Shown one piece after another: positions 28,152 to 39,300 of a stretch of 64,000 nucleotides of DNA (its first letter is position 1; the number at the start of each line of letters is the position of its first letter). Made by a program: the position numbers and the translations under genes. The notes beneath the pieces are model-generated. The model did no database searches and was not told the DNA's origin. It was given only the letters and a program-made list of their open reading frames with translations. Location of the stretch: positions 124,001-188,000 of the forward strand of contig JAAOMT010000543.1 of NCBI GenBank assembly GCA_016748015.1, in the 5' to 3' direction. This stretch comes from Geosiphon pyriformis uo1. Its lineage: Eukaryota > Fungi > Glomeromycota.

Positions 28152-28619
28152 TTAGTTATTAAATAAACTAATTAAATTCAAGATTAGAAACAAAGTATTT
28201 TTATATCATACCAAAGCAAAAAACAATAAAGTGAAAAGTTTAATCCCAAATGGAATAGTTCATTTTACATTAAAAAATTTTTGGGAAATGAAACATACAA
28301 GTTAAAATAAAACAACAAAATCTTAACCAAAGCAGCACATAGTGATTAATTAAAACCATATTACAATATAATATTATTATCAATCAGTAATATTTTACAA
28401 CTGGAAGTACAACAAATACTACTCCAACCAGATAAGATTCTACAATATCTGGAACTAATCATAATTATTAACACAAACATATTTAATTAATCTATTAAAA
28501 CAGTATATAAAAACATGATATATGCAACAAAAACAACAATAAAAAAATGAAAATCTCAGACCACATCTACATAATGACTTAACAATTATTCCAGATCATA
28601 AATCAACAACAATTAAATA

Positions 28620-28913
28620 TAAGGCAAATTGCAACAAAATTAGACAAAGTGAATATTTATTAATAAAAAGCTATTTATAATGTAACTGTAAAATTGATCA
28701 ATATAACTGATAACATTTTGAAAAGTAATAACAGTACTCATTCATAACTTATGGACCTGTTAATTTCAATGCTTACTTTATCATACCAGAATGTGATGAA
28801 TATAAACTATAACATGATTAATATAGAATTATCTCTATATATAAAAATATAAATATGAAATTAATTTACATTAAATCTACCATGGAACCCAAGAATTACA
28901 GCACTATTCGAAC
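28620..28913 (+). repeat. Left terminal inverted repeat
   Basis: Aligns along its length to the reverse complement of the right TIR. Differences are mostly transitions, plus one indel of about 14 nt. Confidence 0.9.
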
Positions 28914-29115
28914 TAAACGTCATTAATGCGTATCAACATGCGTGAATTTCTGCGCATTGATTATCATTGGTCACATTTTGCATCCAGGGAACAATCGTTA
29001 CATTGTGAAAGTTCCCAATAATACGTCATGGATTAAGACACTGATCAGCATTATATCACACTGCGCAGCACGTCTTTCCAACGAAAAAGTTTCGTCCTTC
29101 ACATCATAAAGAAAC

Positions 29116-31098
29116 ATGAGCACACCATACGATGACGCGAAGAAGGAGTATGATGGAGCTAAGGGGAAGTTGGAAAGGTTAGGAAATCTGAGGATAAGTT
29201 TGGCGGCTGAAGAATGGGGAAGCGAGAGAGAGAGGAAGAGGTGGATAGCGGAGAAGGAACAGCTGGAGCGGGAAGAAGAAGAGTTGAAAACGAATGTAGA
29301 ATACTGGAAAGGAGAAATGAAGAGGCTGACGACCTCTCAGCCAGGTAACGACTTTGTGACTCGGGCGTTGGGGACATAGCGTAATGTGTACATGGTTGTA
29401 GTTGGGGACATAGAACTGAAATTCATTGATGCTATTGTCTGCTCCTAGCCATCAGTTCAAAGCGGACACTTGATGATTTAGAACGCGAGTATGGTACTAG
29501 GATTGCAATACTTGAAGCAGAGCACAGGAAAATCAAATACACCATCACAGCAGCACGTGAAATTGGTGAATATGTCATAAGCGAAGCACAAGTAGATACA
29601 CAATACATTTTAAATCTACTGTCAACCTCAGGCAACGTGTCATTTGAAAAGCTGAAATTGCCAGTCAATTTTCATAAGCTGCCATGCACAAGTGAAAGTG
29701 ATCTCCAGGTGAAATTTGTGAAGTTGTTTCAATCATTGCCAGAACAGATGAAACCATGGGGAATTCGAGACACATCAGTTGAAGGCTATCTCAAGGATCC
29801 AATCGGAAAGATTGATTTTACGATAATTCAAGGGAACATGGTTTTATGGGTGCATGTTGTTTCTCTAATTGAAATTAAGTCTACTTTGAATAGCAAAACC
29901 AGTCACTGTGAGGCACTCGGGCAGCTCATAGACAGATTTACAACTATTTTTGACTTACAAAAAAATCGATCATTTATTATTGGAGCTATTTGTGGAGATT
30001 CACAAGTTGAATTTGTGTGGCAGAATCGAGAGAAGAACATCAAGCGATCAGACTTATTAGATCTGAGTTTTACCAGTCAAACAATAGGGATGAATATGCT
30101 TCTAAACATGGTGACTGCATCACAAATGCAGCTGGGGTATTCTCCACCTGAAGATTATAAGGCAGCAGTTAGCTCTGTTAGTCATTTCAGTCCTGAGTCT
30201 GTCCTTCGACCAGCAGTCAATGAACGGGGATCTTTTGTCCTTAGTGGATTTATGAATAACAATCATGTTATCCTCAAGGTTTGTGATGTTGATCATGAGA
30301 TAAAAATACTTCACCATCTTTGTGAATGTGATTTCATTCCCAAGGTTATCACATATGGAAACCTTCCAGAGAACAAAAAGTAGGTGTTGACTTTGTGCTG
30401 AGATTTTTATTGATATTAATTGTATATTAATATTTAATATTTAATGATGTAGATACATGGTAATGACACCTTTTGGAGAACATCTTGATGTTGTTAAGCA
30501 TGGCTGGCATGGAATTCTCAAAGCTTTTCAAGATGTTGCTGAAGCTATGAAGTTTGCAAATAACCATGGCATCCTACATCGTGACATTTCATATGGAAAT
30601 ATTGTATTCTATGAACAACATGGCTATCTCATAGACTGGGGTGTTGCAGTAGTAGGATCACCAGAAGTGGAAAATGCCTTAACTGGTACCATCCTGTTTT
30701 CCTCTGTAAAGGTTTGTCCCGTGATTCTTCAAATTGCATTATGTACATATTACTTGCAAACATATACCCTTTTCATTTTTCAGGTTACAACAAAATTGCA
30801 TGAGAACAAAAAGTTCACTCACACATTTGATGATGACATCGAATCTCTCTTTTATACATTTTTATATGTAGCATGTGATGGTGTGCTCAAGTGGAAGAAA
30901 GGTCTAGGAGGCATGGATTTTGTTGCAGCAATGAAGTTTTACACAGTATATGGAAACTTCAGTAAACAACTGAAGTATGTAAAGAATAATGAACTGCTCC
31001 CTTACTTGCATGGATTTCGTGACATCATTGTTTCCAATTGGACAGATAAGATGGCAATAGACATTGATGCAGTTATTAGGGTGTTTGACATTAAGTAG
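29116..31098 (+). CDS. Crinkler-like protein: coiled-coil header + PD-(D/E)xK nuclease-like domain + fungal-type (FunK1) protein kinase; 4 exons, 577 aa
   Basis: Exons 29116-29344, 29449-30379, 30453-30711 and 30784-31098, with GT-AG introns of 104, 73 and 72 nt, splice into one open frame. Nuclease-like KIDFTII...LIEIK. Kinase motifs VILKV, HRDISYGN, LIDWG, TGTILF and DDIESLFY. Confidence 0.85.
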
Positions 31099-31678
31099 CT
31101 ATTCAGCATGATACATGAGAGGAAGAGAACACTTTTTTAATTCTTTATCATGTGAATCGTGATTTTTTGCTTCTTCAGATGCAATGGTATAAACTTGCTG
31201 CCAAGTCCCATGATTAAAATTAGCATGTCTTAAATTTGAATGAATAAAGTGAGAAATGCAATTGCTCAAGAAATTAACTGTATAAATTGTCATCTCGAAC
31301 GAGGACACTCATGATTTACGCGTACGTAGTAAAGACAACAATAAAATACGGTCCTACCTCAATTGTACCACACCTCGAATATATCCCCGAAAAAGCTCCG
31401 TCCCTAAGTGGGGATATAAACGCGGTAGGACTGTACGTACGTAATAATAAAAGTGAAATTTTGCTTTCTCAGTAATTTCGAAATTAAACCATGTGATTAT
31501 ATTGATAACATATTAATATTGAGTGCGTATACGTATAAGTACACCCTCACATAGTTGCCAATTTCTTTTCGTTTTTGAAAATAGCTTATCACAAATAGTA
31601 ACAATAACAGACGAAAGAAATTCAGTAAAATAAACAAAACCATTGATGCATAAAATTAATATATAGGATTACCAGTAT

Positions 31679-33427
31679 ATGGAAAATTATAATTATAATG
31701 GTTTGACTGAATATGAAAAAGCAGTGCATTTCTTTGAGATAGGTTGCAAATGTGGTTGCTCAAAAATGATTCCGAGAGAAAGGTTTGCCGAATTACGTGG
31801 AGCGTTTCAAGCTCTCTCTAGACCCGAACAAGATATATTTTTAATGGCCCAGCTGAATGCCATGAATGGTGGAGAAATAACGGCTAGTCGACGTCTTAAA
31901 AATAAAACGCGTACCAATAAGCGAACGTTTTACTACTGAGATCGCAATACGCCACTTTGTCAGAAAACGTATCTCAATATGTTGGGAATTGGTCGCACTC
32001 GCTTCGAAAACGTCAGAAATCACCTAGCGACGAAGGTATCATACCGCGCGTTCATGGTAACATAAAACGAATGCCGCGATGGAAAACCAAAATAACCATT
32101 GATATAAACGTTGCTACTGCCGTAAAGAATTTTCTCGAAAACTATGCGGAAATTCATGGACTACCAAGTCCTGGTAGAAATGTCAATCGCATTACTCAAT
32201 CACTGACACTATTGCCAGCTGAAACGAGTTATAAATCAGTCTATCGTGATTTTATTGCTGGTCTCGAAAATGATAGCACGTTGCAGTTGTTAAAATATGA
32301 TGCGTTCCGCAAGTTATGGCACTAATTAACACCTTCTATTCAAATTATGAGTCCAAGAACGGATTTATGTGACACATGCCAACATTTTCGAAATGGATTA
32401 CAGTACAATGCTCGCAAGGAGGAAGAAGCAAGAGACTTATTAAAGAAATTCAAAGAACATCTAGTTAAAGCTAAATTAGAGAGAAATTATTACCATAAAA
32501 ATACGAAATTAGCAGAACAACAGAGAAAATTAGTAAATGAGCATTTTATAACAAGAGGTAAAGCCTATTGTAGCATTGACGCGACTGCTCATTATAGTTA
32601 CGATTGAGCACAAAACGTTCACGCCCCCCATTCCCGATCAACAAGTAAGTAAAATTTATTATCTTAGTCCGCGTAAAGTGCATTTATTTGGTATTCAAGA
32701 TGAAGCAGTTCGCGAACAAATTAATTACGTTCTCGATGAAGATGAAATAATTGGCAAAGGTCCTAATGGTACGCTGAGCATGGTATTCGATGGAATTAAG
32801 AGACTGAATAAAGGCGAAAAACATCTAAAGATTACTTGTGATAATGCGGGTGGTCAGAATAAAAATAATGCCACCATTTGATTTTACCTATATTTAGTAA
32901 TTTGCAGTTATTACGTAAGTATCGAATTAAATTTCATGGTACCTGGACATACCAAATTTAAGTGTGATGGTAGTTTTGGATTGATTAAAAAGCTTTATCG
33001 AAAAACAACAGTAGATTGTGTGGATCACATTGTTGAAGTTGTGAAAAAATCAAGTACAGCGGGATTAAACAAAGTTCAGTGCTATGAAAACGGCAAAGGC
33101 TTTCAATACTTAGATCTTAATTCCGTGTTGGGAATTTTTTTTAAGAAATTGAGTGGTTTACAAAAGTATCAGCATTTTCTATTTGAAGCAGCTCAACCTG
33201 GAGTTGTCAAAGCCCAGCTGGTTGCTAATGGTACTTATACTGAATTTAATTTGTTAAAAACTAAAAAAGCAAGTGTTTCTGAAATTACCAAAGAAATTAA
33301 GTCCTTTTCAATCCTAGTACTAACCCCTCCTCCTTTGGATTACAGAAGGCAAGAATACCTTTATCACAATATTCGTCCATTTGTCCGGGATGAATTCAAA
33401 GATATCACTTGTCCAGAACCAATCTAA
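31679..33427 (+). pseudogene. Sola2-like DDD transposase, intronless; two frameshifts, one TAA, three in-frame TGA
   Basis: CKCGC and LCQKTY N-terminal motifs; RVHGN; GLPSPGR; TDLCDTC; HYSYD*AQ; KGPN; CDNAGGQNKN; VPGHTKFKCDGSFGLIKK. Frameshifts at ~32035 and ~32630, TAA at 32323. Confidence 0.8.
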
Positions 33428-33477
33428 TCTACACTGCCAATAAATAAACATATTTATATTACCGAAGCTGTAGAAAT

Positions 33478-34463
33478 ATGAATAATCAAAACGAAATTGA
33501 TTCCCTTTACACTTTTATCAAAGAACAAGTCAAACTCAAAGGGAAAAAATTAAAAATCATTGCTGATTGAGATGAATGTTTACAATCTAGTAAGCCGTTT
33601 TTATTGTGAGAAGCTGGGAAGAAGAACCTATCTTTTTCAGAATATTTCAAGAAATTTTGAAAAAATTCCCAAATTGTTTATTCTACTACCTGTGGTTCTA
33701 GACTAAATAAAAAGGCATGAGAATATTCTTATGTTGACAAAGATGATCCAAATGAGAAAAAGAATATTGAAATGTTAGCTAATGGAACTTTAAAAAGAAG
33801 AATAAAAGCCAATCTAGAACCTCACTATAGTAATCTTCCCAAATTCTATGACTGAACCTTTTATCTTTCATTAGCCCAAGAATTATTGCAGGCTTTAAAA
33901 GAAGAACTAATTAGTGAATTAGTGATTGTCAGTGCTATGGTCAAAGGTCGGAAAAATGCTGAAAAAGGAAAGAAAGACAAATTCATTAAAAATTTTGCTA
34001 ATTTTTCTCAAAGCAGATTGGTTTTAATAAAAAGAGTAATTCCCAAAAAAAGTGAAGAAGAAAAAGGGGATGGCTATAAACCTACTCACTGAGATTACAT
34101 CAAAGAAAATATTCCTGATTTTGATATTTTTATTGATAATTCTCTAATCATTATTGAAGAAACTAATAAGTTATTACCTGATAAAACTTATGTTATACCA
34201 AATTACAAATGCAACCAAAATCTCAAAGCCTCCAACATCTATCATGTAACAATTAATACCACTGATTTAAAAGAAGGTGATTTTGTTATTGCTGCTTTAG
34301 AAATAAAAAATAACCAGTTAAAGAAAAAACTAAAATTTCTGCAAATACAGAGAGAAACAGTTGAGTTTTTTTGATGATAATTAATGGATTACTAATTTTT
34401 ATCTTAGTTGCTTTAATAGTTAAAATTACAATAGTGCAGAAAAAACATTTTAGAAAAAATTAA
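33478..34463 (+). pseudogene. Genetic-code-4 (TGA=Trp) HAD-superfamily-like ORF with probable C-terminal membrane anchor; likely of Mollicutes-related endobacterial origin
   Basis: ATG at 33478 followed by 300 codons with no TAA/TAG until 34378-34380. In-frame TGA at 33568, 33607, 33658, 33718, 33853 and 34090, and no TGG. Motifs IIAD(W)DECL, VIVSA and DFDIFIDN. A 1-nt shift near 34320 would extend it through (W)VFLMIINGLLIFILVALIV to TAA at 34461-34463. Confidence 0.8.
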
Positions 34464-34628
34464 AAAATTATTGACAAAACAATGACAAAGATCATATCAA
34501 GCTATTATTTTTCGTTCTTGGTAAATTCATAAGTAATTTGTCTTTGTCTAAATATTCTTAAAGAGTTTAAGTATTATTAATTTTAAAACATAGAGAGCAA
34601 TTTTTTTTTTCTTGTTCTTTTTTAAAAT

Positions 34629-34932
34629 GTTTCTAATGGTGCTATAATTCTTGGATTTTATAGTAAATTTAATGTAAATTAGTTTCATATATTTTATTTT
34701 TATATAGAGATAATCCTATATTAATTCTGTTATGATTTATATTTATCACATTTTGATATAATAAAGTGAATATTAAAATTAACAAGTTTATAAGTTATGA
34801 ATAAGCACTATTATTATTTTTCAAAATGTCATTAATTATACTGGTCAATTTACAGTCATATTATAATCAGCTTTTTATTTATGTTATATAATAAAATGTT
34901 CACTTTGTCTGGTTTTGTTGCAGCATGTCCTA
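34629..34932 (-). repeat. Right terminal inverted repeat
   Basis: Reverse complement of 28620-28913. Ends ...GCAGCATGTCCTA. Confidence 0.9.
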
Positions 34933-36329
34933 TACGAAAATTATTATCAATTATCAAACAATTTGTTATCAAAACACCAAAAAAATAGCCAAAGTCACCA
35001 CATATTAGCAACTACAGAACCAAACAAAGTACTGGTCAAATAAAATTATAGAAAAAGTAAAAAACAATTTTGAAAAAATATTGGTAATTGTTTTAACAGA
35101 AAAGTTAACTAAAAAAAACTAAAAACAATAAATAAAACAACTTTTTATACTATACTGTTATTAACAATTGGAACAAAAGCTGAATATTAAAGAATTATAT
35201 ATTAATAAATCCAAAAGAATATTCAATTGAGAAATAATACAACAGATTAAAAATTTTATTAGAAAAAAAATGAATTCTGTATTATATATTAAAACAATTT
35301 ATTGATTACATATCATATTTTAAAATTATTTAGAAATACTACTATACTTAAAAATAGAAACAATAACTATTGACCAATAGAAAAAAACAAACAATTTATA
35401 ATTTAAAGACATAAAAATCAGAATTAAACAAACAGTATTAGAGAAAAAAATAAGAGACTTAATTCAAAATGAAAATTTTAACAAAACTTAATATTAAAAA
35501 AGGAGATAATATTACTTATAGAAAAAAATACAAAAAAAAAAGTAAAAAAAACATATAAAAAAATAGATTAATAAGAAAATAGTATTTAATAAATAAGCAT
35601 AATATCAAAAAACTATGACACATTACTTAGTAATATACACATTGTTAGAAAATTAAAACACATTGCTCAGTAATGTACATATTGTTAAAAATTTAAAGCA
35701 TATTGCTTAGCAATAAGCATATTGTCAAAAAAATAATAGCACATTACTCAAAAATATATAAGATCTTATATAATGAAAATTATGTATATATAGCAAAAAT
35801 GTTAAAAACAGAAAAGAAACAATTCAGTTTAGACTAATTAGATAACAATATTTTTCTTTTTAAAAGATAGTTTTCTATAACTTAAAGTGAAATTATACCA
35901 ATATTAATAAACTTATCTATTATTATCCAATTTATGTTATTATTTATTGATTAAAAAAATATTAATCAATTTTATATTATTAATACTTTATGTTAATAAA
36001 AGCCAATAATTAACCATACTGGACTAATAGCTCTTAATTATGGCTATTAATAAGATACTAATTTCTTATTTTTTTTCTTGATTTTTTTTTATTTTTTTTT
36101 ATTTTTTTTGTTATTACTAATTTATAAAAAAAAATTAAAGTGCTGAGTGTTTGACATTAAATATAATTTGGTAAAAAACCTGTAAAACAAGAATAAAATA
36201 CTCATAAAATTAAAGATAGCTTATCAGAAAGACAAAACTATCAGAAGAAACTGGCCACTATACTAAAAAAAAATTTATGAAAAAAATTTTTAGAATGAAT
36301 ACTGAAATATTTATTGAATCTTTGTTTAT

Positions 36330-39300
36330 TGTTACTTATAGAAAAAAATAGTAAAAAAAACAGATAAACCAATAAGAAAATAGTATTTAATAGATAAACA
36401 CATTGCTTAGTAATATAAAACATTGTTAAAAATCATGGCACATTATTCAGCAATATGAGTATTGTTTGAAAAATAATAAAGCATTGCTCAAGAATATGTG
36501 TAATCTTATATAACTCAAATATGTATATATAGTAAAAATATTAGAAACAAAAAAGACAGAATTCTTAAATTAGAATCTCTAATTAGCAAAATACCTCTTC
36601 TTTCAAAAAATAGAATACTATAACTTAAAATAAAATTATCAATATCAATAAAATTACTTATTATCATTAATCTATGTTATTATTAATTAATTAATGAATA
36701 TTAATCACTCTTTTTACTATCAATACTTTCTGTTAATAATTATTAATACTTAATCATACTAAACTAATAACTCTTGATTACAGCTATTAATAAGATACTA
36801 TTTTTTTTATTTTTTTTTATTTTTTTTGTTTTGTTTGTTAATTAACTAACTGACTAAAAGAATTAAGTATTGAGTATTTTAAAATTAAGAATAGCTTGAT
36901 AAAAGACCCAAAAATAAGAGTATAGAACATGAAAATTGAGAATAGCTTATCAGAAAAGCATAACTGCCAAAATAAACCAGTTATCACACTAAAGAAAAAA
37001 ATTGATAAAATAATCATTCTGGAAAGCTACTAAAACAATTATTAAATTCTGTTTATTATACAAAAAACTTTACCAAAACTTTTAAATATTACTATACTAA
37101 TCAGCTATTAAGCATTATATTATGAGTTTTTTATTTTATCAACATCCTAAATAATTATTTGTAATATTTAGTGCTTTTTGTAAGATATAATCCAACAGAA
37201 AACTAACATTAACAGCAATTATCTAAAACAGTGGCAGAATTAGAAAAAATAGGAACAAATCACTTAAGATTTGCAAAATTCTTATTCTAATATTACCAAA
37301 ATTATCTTGAACTAACAAATAATAATTGGCCAACAGAATTAATCTTCAATTGTTATGTTAATAAATAAATTATATACTATTTAGGAGGCCAAAGAGATCC
37401 AAAATCTACTTTCAACAATTTTTTTATTAAACTATTTTAAAGCATTACACTTCTACAAAACTATTTATTTACACCATTAATTAGAAAAATAAACAAAAAA
37501 ATTGAAAAATACACCAAACAAAAATTTTCTATTATCTTTGTAAACAAAGGAAAAAGAAGATTACAAATACCAACAGGAACATAAAAACAGATACAACCAC
37601 TTATTTAGAAAAAACTAAGAGTTAATTTATCTATACATCTATTATATTATCATATACCTGGAAGTACAATTAACATAATATTAGCAGACATGTTTACAAC
37701 AACCATAAAAACATCATTAGCCAGAATTCCATTTCAAAATAAACAGAAAAAAACTAAACTATTAGGAATTTATGACAAATATTTTGAAGGATTTAATTTG
37801 TAACTAACAATATTATTAAGACTTTAATTACTACTATTATTACCAAATTTCAGAACTATTAGCCCTTGAAAATTAACCAACTTTGAGGAAAAAAAAATAG
37901 CAATTGGGAAATTAATAAACAAAATTCAATTCCAGAAAACACAGAAATCCGAACTTTGATTGTTTAAATTTAACAAAATTTGAACAATTCAAATCCTGTT
38001 TCTATTGTTCTCCAAAATTTATCTTTAATAATTGTGATTAATCTACTATTAATTAGTGCATAACAATAGCCACAAACACAACTTTAACAATTACCACAAT
38101 TTTAATTATTCTAACAACAATTGTTACAAATGACATATGTACTAATTATCAAATTAAAAAAGTTCACAGATAAAGAAGACAATACCCAAGCTTGATTAAA
38201 TAACATTAAGAAAGTAATCACCACCAATAATTAAGACAATGCCAAAACTTTACAAGCTATTCTCTACTTTTTTCAAAACACTGCTAATTCTTGATACCAA
38301 AATCTTATAAACAAACCACAAAATTTCAATGTGTTTAAAATCATGTTTCTGTAATATTTTAGCAATTATAACAGCATCAATTGCTTAATAATTAGTTTTA
38401 CTACTATCAAACAAGGAAATACCAAAGCAGTTATTACTTATTTGGGACATTTTCACAGAAATTTGCATTAGATCCAGGCAATTAAAGCTAACTATTTTAC
38501 AGTATTACAGATCTTAAATCAATTCATCTGAGAATTATGCAGTAGTTTGTTGCAACAAGTATCTTCAATGCATCCAAATACTCTCCAAAATACAATTATC
38601 TACACCAAAAATTTCAAATTAGCTGAATTAGAAACCAATTATACTCAAACCATAAATCTAGTAATGAATAGATTATCTGACCTAAATTTTAAACTGAAAC
38701 AATTTAGTAATTTAATTAACTAAAACCTAAAGTAATACTTAGTTAACAATCAAGCAATTTATTAGTTTCTACAATGTTATTATAATCAGAAAAACTCAAA
38801 TTGCTTTCAGAATTAACTGCATTTATTATTATTAAACAATCAACAGTGACAACAAAAAACACATACTTGTCACTATTGTAGTAAACAAGAACACTTACAA
38901 TCAGACTACCACACATGATTAAATAACTAATAATCGAAAAATCAGTATTAAAATCCTGATTACCAGTTCCAAACTTTGAATAATTACTCAAATTAAGATC
39001 AATAACAGTTCTATTACACCCCAATAACATAATAACTAATATATGTATCTTCAATCTATCAAACTTCAACACCTGTTATCTATCAACCACTACAGCCACA
39101 AATAATTTATCAAACTCCACAAATTCAAATATTGTCTCAAAATTTTACTTAAATAACACCTGAAAATCAGAGACTGAGAATCACTCATATGCAACAAAAT
39201 TAGAGATTGGCAATAATAATACATCTAGCTTATTAAGCCAGTCATTAGGATCATGTCAGTAGAGTTTAAAAACTGGGTACACTCAAAACCTAAATTTTCA

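Larger units (their letters stand above)
28620..34932. mobile_element. Cargo-carrying TIR DNA transposon (Pack-type), ~290-bp TIRs, TA target duplication
   Basis: 28620-~28913 is the reverse complement of ~34629-34932 (TAAGGCAAATTGCAACAAAATTAGACAAAGTGAA vs TAGGACATGCTGCAACAAAACCAGACAAAGTGAA). TA at 28618-28619 and 34933-34934. The joined flanks match the uninterrupted paralog at ~50871-50930. Confidence 0.9.
28152..36329 (+). mobile_element. Gypsy family A 3' fragment (integrase tail, ORF3, 3' LTR 35510-36329), host of the TIR element
   Basis: 28152-28619 joined to 34935-35509 is collinear with 47950-48420 and 50776-51460. Its LTR is cut at 36329 by the next insertion. Confidence 0.8.

Noticed and set aside
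29159-29668. Minus-strand ORFs 29159-29377 and 29432-29668
   Set aside because: Antisense to kinase exons 1-2, with no independent motifs.
33478-34380. Selenoprotein, stop readthrough, or simple decay of a fungal gene
   Set aside because: The TGAs sit in aromatic contexts, TGG is absent, and there are no internal TAA/TAG stops, which decay produces abundantly in nearby repeats. Code 4 is simpler. A mitochondrial code-4 source is not excluded, but the ORF resembles no standard mitochondrial gene I recognise.
34464-34628. Possible 3' end of a convergent bacterial gene (minus strand ...RQITYEFTKNEK**)
   Set aside because: Too short and decayed to support a call.
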